The notes under the pieces: model-generated
The model's input: only the letters and a program-made list of their open reading frames with translations
Databases searched by the model: none
What the model was told of the DNA's origin: nothing
Program-made: the position numbers and the translations under genes
Assembly (NCBI GenBank): GCA_963834385.1
Contig: CAWIBO010000003.1
Span: 1 to 64,000 of the forward strand
Direction: 5' to 3'
Source: an uncultured Verrucomicrobiae bacterium
Lineage (GTDB): Bacteria; Verrucomicrobiota; Verrucomicrobiia; Chthoniobacterales; UBA10450
DNA: 64,000 bases
In this document: positions 50,001 to 60,793 of the stretch, piece by piece
How the letters are laid out: each line of letters begins with the position of its first letter
Position numbering within the stretch: position 1 is the first letter of the stretch

Positions 50001-51314
50001 TTAGCGCACCTGCGTTTCCATGGCCGAAAGATAATTCGAGATGGCGTCGCGCCGCGGCGCCACCAGTTCGTCGCGCTCGGCCGCGGCCTTCAGGTAACCG
50101 CGAAAATTGCCGCTCGCACTCTCGAGCCGGGTGGCTTCGAACCAGTTCAGGTAATCATCCATCGCTTCGGCCTGCGCGGAGAGCTGCTTCCGCATTTTTT
50201 CCGCCGCGGCGATTCGTTTCGCCATCCCGCCTGTCTTGCCACCGGCCAGGCGATCGACGATCGCCTGGTATTCCGCCACCAGCGGCTGGTAAAGCGGATT
50301 GGCCCGCACGGCCAGGCCCATCAGGGCCTGACGATGTTCCCGCAGAAGCCGGGTGCGACCCGGGCGCGCAACAAAACGCTCGAACTGGTCCAGCGCAAAA
50401 CTCTTTTCCTCACCCGGGAACTGCACCCGCAGCAAGGGCGCAAGACGCGCCTCGGATTGCGCCATGGTCAGCGGCTGGAATTGGCGGGAAGCGGCCATGC
50501 GTTGCACGGCCGCAGGCCACCAGGCGGGTCCTTCCCCGGCGGGGCTCGCAAAAAGACCGGGGAAAGCCGCGCGCAAAGCCTGCTCAGGATCCGCCGAAGC
50601 GCCCGGCAGTGCGGCAATAAACTGCGCCAGCGCCGCCCGGGCCGGTGCGGTTTTCGTCAGTTCCGTCACCAGCACCAGCGCGTAGGCCCGGTAGAGCTGG
50701 GCGGAAGGCCCGTCGAGCAGCTCCGGTTTCTGGCGCAGAAATTCGGCAAGCGGCAGGGTTCGCTCCGCCGTGGCCACAACCGCGAGCGCCGCCGGGAGGG
50801 CGGAGGAATGCCGGGTCTCGGCGGAAGCGAGGACACCGGTGAGCAGCCAGTCGGGCGGCTGGGCGTAACGTGACCCGACGGCGGCCAGGGGGCCACCGCG
50901 ATACATGCGCTCGAGCAACACGGCCCGCAACAGTTCGCGCTCGATGGCCCGGACGTCGATCTCCCTCTCGATGAGCAACTCGAGCTGAAGTTTCAAGCCG
51001 AACCCGGTCTGGCTTACCTGCAGCGAGGCCGGGGCTTGCGGCGCCATGTTTGCCCGGGGATGCCGCAGGCTGATCACGATCGGCGTTTCCCAGTGATCGG
51101 GCGTTTGCAACAGATCAAGCAGTGCCTTCTTTGTCCGCTCGCCCGCTTCCGCCATGGCGCCGCGCAAACGCATCTCCTCCCCGTAAACGATGAACTGGCG
51201 CGACGTGCTCACGCTGCGCGAAGGCGGGACTTCCGCATTCGCACCGCCCCACGGGTGGACGAGGAGACAGCAAAGAAGGAGGCGGAGCGGAAAAGCCACG
51301 GTGGGGGATGGCAT
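50001..51314 (-). CDS. Secreted hypothetical protein
   Basis: Long ORF with a signal-like N-terminus, SRQFIVYG and DDYLNWFEAT; lies directly upstream of the Rieske gene on the same strand. Confidence 0.7.
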   Translation of the reverse strand: MPSPTVAFPLRLLLCCLLVHPWGGANAEVPPSRSVSTSRQFIVYGEEMRLRGAMAEAGERTKKALLDLLQTPDHWETPIVISLRHPRANMAPQAPASLQVSQTGFGLKLQLELLIEREIDVRAIERELLRAVLLERMYRGGPLAAVGSRYAQPPDWLLTGVLASAETRHSSALPAALAVVATAERTLPLAEFLRQKPELLDGPSAQLYRAYALVLVTELTKTAPARAALAQFIAALPGASADPEQALRAAFPGLFASPAGEGPAWWPAAVQRMAASRQFQPLTMAQSEARLAPLLRVQFPGEEKSFALDQFERFVARPGRTRLLREHRQALMGLAVRANPLYQPLVAEYQAIVDRLAGGKTGGMAKRIAAAEKMRKQLSAQAEAMDDYLNWFEATRLESASGNFRGYLKAAAERDELVAPRRDAISNYLSAMETQVR

Positions 51315-51421
51315 AGCGGAAACGGGGCGCGGAAACGAGCGCGAAACTGGCGGAGGTGGCAAATTTTTCACGTAAAAATTCGCAACTTTTCCGTCTGGGC
51401 GGTGTCCAATGTAAGCACCCC

Positions 51422-51919
51422 ATGAAAACAAAATTCACACTTCTCCTGGCAGCGCTGGTGGCCCTGTCGACCATGGTTCCCGTGGCGGCCGAGGCCGGGC
51501 GGCGCGATCGCGGCGGGCATGGTTTCAAGAAAGGCGGTCATCATGGCCGGCATTTCGGGAATCACCGGCACCGCCATCATCGGCATCATCACCGGCATCA
51601 CCATCGCGGCGGAACCCGCTTTTATGTTGGCCTCGGTTTCCCGAGCTACGGCTACGGTTACTATCCTTACAACCATTACCCATACGCCTACTCGACCAGT
51701 TATTACCGGCCGGTTTACCAGGGCGGATATGTGGGACGCGGCGGCGTGGTCGCGCAGGTCCAGATTCGACTGGCGCGCGCCGGTTATTATCACGGCGCCA
51801 TTGATGGCATCATCGGGCCGGCCACGCGACGGGCGATCTATCGCTGGGAACAGCGGCATGGCCTTTACGCCGATGGACGCATCGACGGCCGGTTGCTCGC
51901 CCGGATGGGTCTGAGCTAA
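51422..51919 (+). CDS. Secreted His/Tyr-rich protein with C-terminal peptidoglycan-binding domain
   Basis: Signal peptide, HRHRHHRHHHRHHHR tract, and VQIRLARAGYYHGAIDGIIGPATRRAI..GL..DG. Confidence 0.85.
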   Translation: MKTKFTLLLAALVALSTMVPVAAEAGRRDRGGHGFKKGGHHGRHFGNHRHRHHRHHHRHHHRGGTRFYVGLGFPSYGYGYYPYNHYPYAYSTSYYRPVYQGGYVGRGGVVAQVQIRLARAGYYHGAIDGIIGPATRRAIYRWEQRHGLYADGRIDGRLLARMGLS

Positions 51920-51983
51920 GTCACAACTTTCCCTGTGTGGGTGAAACGGGTCGCGGCCCCCGGGCGGCGGCCCGTTTTCTTTG

Positions 51984-52727
51984 TCAGGGTCCCGGGGCGG
52001 TCAGCACCACGGCCTTGGACTCAATCCTGACGTCGGCCATCTTGCGCACCGCCGCCTGTTCGCGTTCGAGCGCCTTCTGGACATCGGCGAAGAGGAACCC
52101 GAGGTACGGCATCAGTTTGGCGTGGATGTTGAGGCGCCCAAGGCGTCCTCCCTTTTCGGCAAACGCGAATTTGCCCTCGGAAGAGACCGGGCTGTAGGAA
52201 GCCGAATGCGACAGGGGAAAACCCTGGACGGAGCGCATGACCGTGAAATGGAGCAAGCCATCCTCGAGGCCGACGAAAGCGCGCTCGAATTTCAGGCCGG
52301 GCTTGTCGAGGGCCTTCTGCTTGTTCTTGAGGGCGGAGAGGAGGAAGGCGTTGACCTCGGGCTCGGCGTAGCGGAGCTGGCCGCCGCGGCGGGCGAGGAG
52401 GGCGTTCTCGAGGTCGAGGGTAACCTGCGAGGCGAGCATGAGATCCTGCGACCGCTCGGGAGGGGCGGGCGAGAGGAGCATTTGCACGAGCGCGGCCAGG
52501 GCGACGGCCGCAAGGATGAGTTTGGCCACCTTGAAAAAGAGGTGCTGCATGGGCGACCAACGCGGCCCGAGCATGCGCCGCAGGCGTTTCTGCGTGGCCT
52601 GCGGCTGTTCCGGGCCTTCCTTGCCCAGCTTGATCTTGGAACGGTCCAGGCGGGTGCCGCACTCGTGACAATAAATTCGTTCCACCTCGTTCTCGTGGCG
52701 GCACTCCGGGCAGATGAGTTTGTTCAT
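51984..52727 (-). CDS. Zinc-ribbon membrane protein, unknown function
   Basis: CPEC..N..CHECG followed by a TM segment; start overlaps the upstream stop. Confidence 0.75.
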   Translation of the reverse strand: MNKLICPECRHENEVERIYCHECGTRLDRSKIKLGKEGPEQPQATQKRLRRMLGPRWSPMQHLFFKVAKLILAAVALAALVQMLLSPAPPERSQDLMLASQVTLDLENALLARRGGQLRYAEPEVNAFLLSALKNKQKALDKPGLKFERAFVGLEDGLLHFTVMRSVQGFPLSHSASYSPVSSEGKFAFAEKGGRLGRLNIHAKLMPYLGFLFADVQKALEREQAAVRKMADVRIESKAVVLTAPGP

Positions 52728-53074
52728 CCCGTGGAATCCTTCCTGGGCGCCGGGGTGGGAGCGGCGGGTGCGGCCGGTGCTGGCGCGACCTTTTTTGTTT
52801 CCTTGTTCTCCTTGCCGCCCGTGGGGGAGGAGGATGCCGTCTCTTTCTTCGCGCCTTCCTTGTAGGAATTGCTCCGGTAATCCGTGATGTAGAAGCCGGA
52901 CCCCTTGAAAATCAGGCCGGCCCCGGTGCCGAGCAGGCGTTTGACCCGGCCATGACCCCATTCGGCCATGCGGCAATGCGTCTGCGGACATTCGCGAAAA
53001 GCTTCGTCGCGCATGGACTGAAACGCCTCAAAGTTCTGCCCGCATTTTTCGCAGGAATATTCGTAGGTGGGCAT
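52724..53074 (-). CDS. FmdB-family zinc ribbon protein
   Basis: MPTYEYSCEKCG and FKGSGFYITDY. Confidence 0.9.
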   Translation of the reverse strand: MPTYEYSCEKCGQNFEAFQSMRDEAFRECPQTHCRMAEWGHGRVKRLLGTGAGLIFKGSGFYITDYRSNSYKEGAKKETASSSPTGGKENKETKKVAPAPAAPAAPTPAPRKDSTG

Positions 53075-53246
53075 GAGAGGTCGCCGGGCGGTGGCGGCAT
53101 TGTGAAGGAAAAAAAGCAGAATTCAAGCCGCCCGGTCGGGCGGCTTGCGCCGCGACCGACGCCACCGCGGGAGAGACGCGACCGGGCGCCACCTTGACTT
53201 CACGGGGTGCGCGAAGTAGAGGACCAAAGCAGTTTCCCCCCTGATT

Positions 53247-53864
53247 ATGATGAAGATTTTGCAGTTTTCCCCACGGATATCCCTCATCGCCGCCGGCTTC
53301 TTCCTCGCTGGTTGCGCCATGGACGATCCGCGTTACAGCGCGGAGACCCAGTATCTCGGTGGCATTTATTCCGGTCACGCGGTCTCGGCCTCAGCCCCGT
53401 CCGACAGCATTTCCTACTGGGATGGCGACGGCGTTTCGGGCTCGCCCTCGGTCAAGATCAGCATCTCCGAACAGCGCGCTTATTTCTACAAGGGCGGCAA
53501 ACTGGTGGGCATCTCCCAGCTCTCGACCGGCCAGGAGGGACGCGACACCCCGGTGGGCAAATTCAAGATCATGCAGAAGGACAAGGACCATGCCTCGAAT
53601 CTCTACGGCGATTATGTCGACTCGACCGGCACGGTGGTGAAGTCGAACATTGGCATCAAGGAAGACCCGAAGCCGCCCGGCACCCGCTTCAAGGGCGCGC
53701 CCATGCCCTATTTCATGCGCATTACTTCCGGGGGCGTCGGCCTGCATGCCGGTTATCTCCCCGGGTATCCCGCTTCGCACGGGTGCATCCGCATGCCGGA
53801 ATACATGGCTGAGGCTTTCTTTGCCAACGTCTCCATCGGGACTCCGGTCACGATCGTCCGCTGA
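53247..53864 (+). CDS. L,D-transpeptidase (YkuD family) lipoprotein
   Basis: LAGC lipobox, STG..TP.G and HAG..ASHGCIRM. Confidence 0.92.
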   Translation: MMKILQFSPRISLIAAGFFLAGCAMDDPRYSAETQYLGGIYSGHAVSASAPSDSISYWDGDGVSGSPSVKISISEQRAYFYKGGKLVGISQLSTGQEGRDTPVGKFKIMQKDKDHASNLYGDYVDSTGTVVKSNIGIKEDPKPPGTRFKGAPMPYFMRITSGGVGLHAGYLPGYPASHGCIRMPEYMAEAFFANVSIGTPVTIVR

Positions 53865-53940
53865 TGGCCACGGGCGGGGCGGGGCGAGTCTTGCATAACA
53901 CCGCGCCGGACGGCATTCTCTGGCGGGCTCAGGCCGCGCC

Positions 53941-54957
53941 ATGATGATCATTACCAAACCGCAGGCGACGGAGGAACAGATCGAGCAGATCGTCGCGCGC
54001 GTGCGCGAGATGGGTCTGCAGCCGCAGGTCAATCGCGAGGCGGCGCGCGTCAGCATCGGTCTTTCCGGAGCGGACGAACTCGTGCGGGAGAAGCCGCTCG
54101 CCTCACTCCCGGGCGTGGAGGCCATCGTGCCGTTCTCGCCCCCCTACAAACTCGCCGCCTCCGGCAACGGTCACGCCACTTCCTTTGTCTCGGTCGGCGA
54201 CGTCCGAATCGGGCGCCGCGAAAAGATTGTCCTTATTTCGGGGCCCTGTGCGGTGGAAAGCGCGGAGCAGATTGCTTCCATTGCCGGGACGGTGAAGGAA
54301 TCAGGCGCGCGCGTCCTCCGCGGGGGCGCCTTCAAACCCCGGACTTCGCCCTACACCTTCCAGGGATTGCGGGAGGAGGGCCTGCGTTACCTGGCCGAGG
54401 CGCGGGCGCGTACCGGCCTGCCGGTTATCACCGAGATCATGGACCCGCGCGACCTGCCTCTCCTGGAGCAGTATGCCGATTGTCTCCAGATCGGCGCGCG
54501 GAACATGCAAAACTATTCGCTGCTGCGCGAGGTGGGCCGGAGCCGTCTCCCGGTGCTGCTCAAACGCGGCTTCAGCGCCACCCTGAACGACCTCATGCTC
54601 AGCGCGGAGTATATCCTGAGCGAGGGCAACATGCAGGTCATGCTCTGCGAACGGGGCGTGCGCACCTTCGAGACGGCCACCCGTTACACCCTCGACCTCA
54701 GTGCCGTCCCCATTCTCAAGGCCAAGACCCATCTTCCTGTCGTGGTGGATCCCACCCACGCGGTCGGGTTGCGCGAGTTTGTTCCCGCCATGGCCCTGGC
54801 CGCGGTGGCGGCCGGTGCTGACGCCCTCCTGATCGAGGTTCATCATACTCCCGAGCTGGCGCGGAGCGACGGCGAGCAGGCCCTGGTGCCGGAGGCCTTC
54901 CAGGAACTCGTGCCGCGCCTGCGCGCGGTGGCCGAGGCCGTGGGTCGCGGCTTGTAG
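53941..54957 (+). CDS. aroF: DAHP synthase, type I-beta with N-terminal regulatory domain
   Basis: [37 protein letters not shown] and DPTH. Confidence 0.93.
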   Translation: MMIITKPQATEEQIEQIVARVREMGLQPQVNREAARVSIGLSGADELVREKPLASLPGVEAIVPFSPPYKLAASGNGHATSFVSVGDVRIGRREKIVLISGPCAVESAEQIASIAGTVKESGARVLRGGAFKPRTSPYTFQGLREEGLRYLAEARARTGLPVITEIMDPRDLPLLEQYADCLQIGARNMQNYSLLREVGRSRLPVLLKRGFSATLNDLMLSAEYILSEGNMQVMLCERGVRTFETATRYTLDLSAVPILKAKTHLPVVVDPTHAVGLREFVPAMALAAVAAGADALLIEVHHTPELARSDGEQALVPEAFQELVPRLRAVAEAVGRGL

Positions 54958-55015
54958 CCGCGGCAATTCCCCTCGCCACGGCGTTTTATCCCGGCGCCGT
55001 TGCAGTCGCCCGCAA

Positions 55016-58000
55016 GTGAAGGAACCGTCGCGCGTGTCCCATCCTCCCGACCTGATCGAACTGGCCGCAGCTTCCCCCGCGCTCGCGGGCAAGGTCGAGC
55101 AGATCAGGCTCGGCCAGACCCCCGTGCTTTTTTCGCACGTCACCGAATCGGCCCACGGTTTTTTGGCGGCCCTGCTGGCGCGCCGGCTCGAGCGGACGCT
55201 CTGGATCGTCTGCGCCAATGTCCGTTCCCAGGAGCTGCTCTTCGAGACGCTGATCAACTGGAAGCCGGACGCGCTCTTTCTGCCCGAGGCCGAGTTCGCT
55301 GCCGTCGAGACCGTGCTCCCCGATCCGGAAATCACCGCGGAACGACTGGCTCTGCTGGGCCGGTTGGAAAAGGAGAAGAGTCCGCAGCTCGTCGTTGCCA
55401 CCGCGGCCAGCCTTGACCAGGCTGCGCCGAAACCGGGAACGCTTAAGGCCGCCTCCCTTACCTTGCGCCGGCAGACCCGGCAGGAAATGGAGCAGGTGCT
55501 GGCACGGCTGGCCGACGCCGGATACGAGCGGGTCGCGCAGGTGACCACGCGCGGCCAGTTCGCGGTCCGCGGCGGCATCCTGGATCTTTTTTCCTGGCAA
55601 ACGGCCGTTCCTCTGCGCATCGAGTTCCTCGACGACGAGATCGAGTCGCTGCGCGAGTTCGACGTCGATGCGCAGACGGCCCTGCGCAACCTGCAATCGG
55701 CGGAAGTCCTGCTCGGCGGGAGCGACGATCACCGCGGGCGGGTCCGCGATTACATCGCGCCGAGTCATCTGGTGGTCGCGGTGGAAACGGAGGCGGTCGA
55801 GGCTGCTCCGATCCGGATCAGCGAAGGCTGGCTTGAGGGAGAGGATGGTCCGGAGGATTTCGCGGGCGCCTTCCAGGACTGCGCCGTCGGTGATTTTGCC
55901 GTGGGCGAGTTTCTCCTCGCGGAAGCGAAACGGGCTGATTTTTGCGCGCGCCTCCGGGATTGGCGAGAGGAGGGGGCGACCGTGGTCATCTATTTTCAGA
56001 CCGAGGGAGAGATTGAGCGGTTCCGCGAGATTTTCGAGACAGGGAAGGACGACCTGCAGGGGGCGGTCCTGAGCGAAGGTTCGCTCGCGCGAAGGTTTTG
56101 CCTGCCGGATGCCGGCCTGGTGGTTCTCTCCGGGGCGGAACTCTTCGGGCGCTCGCCCGCGCACGGGCGGCGCCGGTTGCAGCGGGCCGAGCGGCTGGGG
56201 CGGAACCGCGCCCAGATTGATTTCAGCGAACTGAACGAGGGGGACCACGTGGTGCACCTCGAGCACGGGATCGGCCGCTTCCTGCAACTGACGAAGATGC
56301 CGGCGGCGGGCGGGGCGGAACAGGAAGTGTTGGTTCTTGAGTTTGCCGAGGAAGCCCGGCTCTACGTGCCGCTGGAGCAGGCCTATCTGGTTTCGCGCTA
56401 CGTCGGCGTGGGAAAAAAGTCGCCGCCCCTCAGCTCACTGGCGGACGCCAAATGGGCGAAGGCCAAGAAGAACGCGGCCGCGGCCATTTTCGACTACGCC
56501 GGCAAGATGCTCGCCGTCCAGGCGGAGCGTGAGACCGAGGCGGGCTATACCTTCGGGCCCGACACAAAATGGCAGGAGGAGTTTGAGCACTCCTTTCTCT
56601 TCCGGGAGACGCCGGATCAGCTCAAGGCCATCGCCGAGACCAAGCGCGACATGGAATCGACCCGCCGATGGACCGGCTGATCTGCGGCGATGTGGGGTTT
56701 GGCAAGACGGAGGTGGCCATTCGCGCCGCCTTCAAGGCGGTCATGGACGGGAAACAGGTCGCCATGCTCGCGCCGACCACCGTGCTGGCGCAGCAGCACT
56801 ATCGAAACTTTCCGGCGAGCGCATGCTCGACTACCCGGTGCGGATCGAAATGCTGAGCCGCTTCCGCACGCCGGCCGAGCAGCGCGAGGTGCTGCGGCAG
56901 TTGCACGACGGCAGCGTGGATATCGTCATCGGCACGCACCGCCTGATTTCCGAGGATGTCGTTTTCAAGGATCTCGGCCTGGTCGTGATCGACGAGGAGC
57001 AGCGCTTCGGCGTGATGCACAAGGAGAAGTTCAAGGAGCTCTTCCGGCTGGTGGACGTGCTCACCCTCTCCGCCACGCCGATTCCGCGCACGCTTTACCT
57101 CTCGCTCGATGGGCGTGAGGGACATGTCCACCATCGAGACCCCGCCGCCGAACCGGCATCCCGGTCGAGACGATCATCTGCGCCTATGACGAGCGCGTCA
57201 TCCGCGACGCCATCGAGCGCGAGATGGAGCGGCAGGGCCAGGTCTTCTTCCTGCACAACCGCGTCGAAACCATCGAGCGCATGCGCGACCGGATCGCTGA
57301 GCTGTGCCCCGGCGCCCGGGTCGACATCGGCCACGGCCAGATGGACGAGGACGACCTGGAGGAGGTCATGGCCCGCTTCGTCGCGGGCGAGATCGATGTG
57401 CTGGTCTGCACCACCATCATCGAGAGCGGCCTCGATATTCCGAACGCCAACACCATCATCATCGATCGCGCCGACCGCTTCGGCCTGGCCGACCTCTACC
57501 AGCTGCGCGGCCGGGTCGGGCGGGCCGAGACACAAGGCCTACGCCTATCTCCTGCTCCCGCGCGAGATGATGACGGTGGGGGCGGCGCGCAAACGGATCA
57601 ACGCCATCAAGCAGTACACCTCGCTCGGAGCCGGCTTCAAAATCGCCATGCGCGACCTCGAGATCCGCGGCGCCGGCAATCCTTCTCGGCACCGCCGCAG
57701 AGCGGCCACATCGTCCAGATCGGCTTCGATCTCTATTGCCAGCTGCTGAAGCAGGCGGTGGCGCAGTTGAAGGGCGAGAAATTCAAACCCCGGCTCGAGG
57801 TCGAATTGCGCCTGGATTTCGTCGCCACCAACCAGGCCGAGTTCCTTGAGACCGACGCCGGACGGCGCCTCCCGGCCTTCCTTCCGGCCGGCTTCGTCAG
57901 CGACACCACCCTGCGCATCCAGGCTTACCGCGGCCTGGCCGAGGTCACCACCCGGGAACAGCTCGATCGCCTGCGCAAGGGGTGGCGGGACCGGTTCGGC

Positions 58001-58216
58001 CGATTCCCCGCCGCGGTTGACAATTTGCTTCTTCTCGCCGAAATCAGACTGGCCGCGACAAAGGCTGCTGTCAGCCGGGTCGAAGTGCGCGAGCGCAAGC
58101 TGATGCTGACGCGCCATGGGCATTTCATCCTTGTCGGCGGCAAATTCCCCCGTTTAGTTGCCGAGACCCTCGAACAGCATCTTTCTGAAGTGCTTGCCCT
58201 GATCAAAAAACTTTAG
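55016..58216 (+). CDS. mfd: Transcription-repair coupling factor; several frameshifts between ~56660 and ~57700
   Basis: [67 protein letters not shown] and a TRCF tail, spread across successive frames. Confidence 0.93.
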
Positions 58217-58221
58217 CTGCA

Positions 58222-59202
58222 ATGACCCGACCACTTCTTCTCGTTCTTGGCGCCATCCTGCTCTGGTCTTCTTCGCCGGTTTGCAACGGCGCGCTCGCCG
58301 CGCAACAGGAGGTGGTTGATGGCATCGCCGCCGTCGTGAATGGCGACGTCATTACCTTCTCGCAGGTGCGCGAGCTCGTGCTGCCGCGCGAGAAAGCCCT
58401 GCGCGCGCAATACACCGGCGAGGAACTGGCCGCCAAGGTCAAGGAGGTCCGGGTCGCCGCCCTGCAGGATTTGATCGACCGGCAGCTCATCATCCAGGCT
58501 TTTGCCAAGGAGAGCTTCCAGATCCCGGATATCTACGTCGATAACCACATCAAGACGATCATCCGCGAAAATTTCGGCGGTGACCGCCAGACATTTATCA
58601 AGGCCTTGAACGCGCAGAATTTCACCCTCGGCGAGTTCAAGAAACTGGAGAAAGAGAAGATCATCGTGCAGGCCATGCGCGGCCGGAATGTGCAGATGAA
58701 CACGATCATCCCCCCGACCAAGGTGGACGAGTATTACCGCACCCACCGCGAGGAGTTCTCGAGCAAGGAACGCGTCCGCCTGCGCCTGATCATGATCCCC
58801 GGCGGCGAGGACAGCGGCAAAACCGCGGCGCAAAAGGCCCTGGCCGAGGAGATCATGGCCAAGATCGTCAAGGGGTCCGATTTCGAGCGCATGGCCCAGA
58901 TGTATTCCGAGGACAGCACCCGCGATTCTGGCGGCGACTGGGGCTGGATCGACCGGAACACGCTGGCCGAGCCGCTCGAGAAAATCGCCTTTAATCTTCC
59001 GGTCGGGAAAATCAGCAACATCATCGAGCTCGGCGGCTCCTTTTACATCCTGAAGGTGGAGGAAAAAGAGGGCGGCGTGACCAAGCCGCTGGCTGAGGTC
59101 CGCACCGAGATCGAGAAAAAGCTGAAGCAGGAGGAATCGCAGCGCTTGCAGGAGCGCTGGCTCGCCAGCCTGCGCGAGAAGGCCTACATCAAGACCTTCT
59201 AG
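58222..59202 (+). CDS. surA: SurA-like PpiC-type peptidyl-prolyl isomerase chaperone
   Basis: VDGIAAVVNGDVIT, F..MA..YSED..GGDWGW; located between mfd and pdxA. Confidence 0.85.
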   Translation: MTRPLLLVLGAILLWSSSPVCNGALAAQQEVVDGIAAVVNGDVITFSQVRELVLPREKALRAQYTGEELAAKVKEVRVAALQDLIDRQLIIQAFAKESFQIPDIYVDNHIKTIIRENFGGDRQTFIKALNAQNFTLGEFKKLEKEKIIVQAMRGRNVQMNTIIPPTKVDEYYRTHREEFSSKERVRLRLIMIPGGEDSGKTAAQKALAEEIMAKIVKGSDFERMAQMYSEDSTRDSGGDWGWIDRNTLAEPLEKIAFNLPVGKISNIIELGGSFYILKVEEKEGGVTKPLAEVRTEIEKKLKQEESQRLQERWLASLREKAYIKTF

Positions 59203-59279
59203 GTTCGCCGGCGGCCCCCGCCGGAAAGAGTCCTTTTGCCGCGGCTTGCCGTGCGCTCCCCCTTTCGTGACAATGCGCG

Positions 59280-60161
59280 ATGCCGCGCATCGGAATCACC
59301 CTCGGCGACCAGGCCGGAATTGGCCCCGAGATCGTGGCGGCGGCCCTCCGTTCGCCCGAGGTTGCCACCCAGGCGGAGTTTCGGCTGATCGGCGAGAAGA
59401 TCGAGGCGATGCCGGGTCAGCCCACCCCCGACTCGGCGCGCGCCGCCCGGGCGGCGCTCGAGGAAGCCGTGGCGGCGGCCCGGGCCGGCGAGATCGATGC
59501 CGTGGTCACCGGTCCGATTCACAAGGCGCGCCTCTACCAGGCCGGATTCGAGTTTGCCGGTCAGACGGAGTTTTTTGCCGAACGCTGCGGCGTGGAGAAC
59601 TACGCCATGCTCCTGACCGGGGGCAGGATCACCGTTGCGCTGGTGACGACGCACCTGCCCCTGCGTGAGGTTGCCGGCCGCCTGCGGGAAAGCGAGATCG
59701 TCCGCGTCGGCCTTCTTTTGCGAGACTTTCTTCGACAGCGCGGCCATGCCCGGCCGCGGCTGGCCGTGGCTGGATTGAACCCGCATGCCGGCGAGGAGGG
59801 GGCGCTCGGCCGGGAGGAAATCGAAATCGTGCAGCCGGCGGTGGCAAAGCTGCAGGCGGCCGCGGGTCATCCCGAGAGCGCGTTCTGCGCCGGACCGTTT
59901 TCGCCCGACACCCTTTTTCACCATGCCGCCGAGGGAGCCTGGGATGGGGTGGTCTGTCTTTATCACGACCAGGGCCTGATTCCGCTGAAGCTGCATGCCT
60001 TTCATTCCGGGGTGAACGTCACCCTGGGCCTTCCTTTTCCGCGGACCAGCCCCGATCACGGCACCGCCTTTGAGATCGCGGGAAAAGGAGTGGCCCGGCC
60101 CGACAGCATGATTGCCGCCATCCGGCTGGCCATTGAACTGGCCGGAAGTCCGCAAAAATGA
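59280..60161 (+). CDS. pdxA: 4-hydroxythreonine-4-phosphate dehydrogenase
   Basis: GD.AGIGPE, GLNPHAGE, YHDQGLIPLK and RTSPDHGTAF. Confidence 0.93.
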   Translation: MPRIGITLGDQAGIGPEIVAAALRSPEVATQAEFRLIGEKIEAMPGQPTPDSARAARAALEEAVAAARAGEIDAVVTGPIHKARLYQAGFEFAGQTEFFAERCGVENYAMLLTGGRITVALVTTHLPLREVAGRLRESEIVRVGLLLRDFLRQRGHARPRLAVAGLNPHAGEEGALGREEIEIVQPAVAKLQAAAGHPESAFCAGPFSPDTLFHHAAEGAWDGVVCLYHDQGLIPLKLHAFHSGVNVTLGLPFPRTSPDHGTAFEIAGKGVARPDSMIAAIRLAIELAGSPQK

Positions 60162-60793
60162 AATCGCTGCTCCGCTCCGTTCCGTTATCGCATTTTTGTC
60201 TGCTCGGCCTGGTCCTGTTGGTTTTTGGATGGTCGGGCTGGCGGCCCCATGATCGCCTCACCTGGTGGCTCGAGACCGCCCCCACCATCGCGGGGGTCCT
60301 TCTTCTCCTGGCCACCTATCGCCGCTTCACTTTCACCACCTTCACTTACTTTTTTATCGCCCTGCACATGGTGCTTCTCTGCATTGGCGGCCATCACACT
60401 TATGCGCGCGAGCCTTTCTTCGGCTGGCTGCAGACGGAGTTCGACCTGGCGCGCAACCATTTCGATCGCCTCGGGCACTTCGTGCAGGGCTTCGTCCCGG
60501 CGCTGGTGGCGCGCGAACTTTTTCTCCGGCTTGGGGTTTTGCAACGGGAACGCTGGCAGCCGTTCCTGATTGTCTGCATCTGTGCCGCCATCAGCGCGGT
60601 CTATGAGCTGATCGAATGGGCGGCGGCCGAGCTGAGCGGGAGCGCGGCGGTCGAGTTTCTGGCCACCCAGGGCGACGTTTGGGACACGCAAAAGGACATG
60701 GGGCTGGCCATCATCGGTGCCGTCAGCGCCCTCGCGCTGCTGGCACGCTGGCAGGACCGGGCCCTGCGCCGGCGGCGGGAGGTGGAACCATGA
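60158..60793 (+). CDS. DUF2238 (YjdF-like) membrane protein
   Basis: TWWLE, RNHFDRLGHF, YELIEW and QGDVWDTQKDM. Confidence 0.88.
   Translation: MKSLLRSVPLSHFCLLGLVLLVFGWSGWRPHDRLTWWLETAPTIAGVLLLLATYRRFTFTTFTYFFIALHMVLLCIGGHHTYAREPFFGWLQTEFDLARNHFDRLGHFVQGFVPALVARELFLRLGVLQRERWQPFLIVCICAAISAVYELIEWAAAELSGSAAVEFLATQGDVWDTQKDMGLAIIGAVSALALLARWQDRALRRRREVEP

Noticed and set aside
1..58216. Split genes (aminotransferase, pcaI, permease, kinase, mpl, pheT, carA, mfd) as pseudogenes or programmed frameshifts
   Set aside because: They include essential pheT, are short indels without slippery heptamers or further decay, and fit long-read error.
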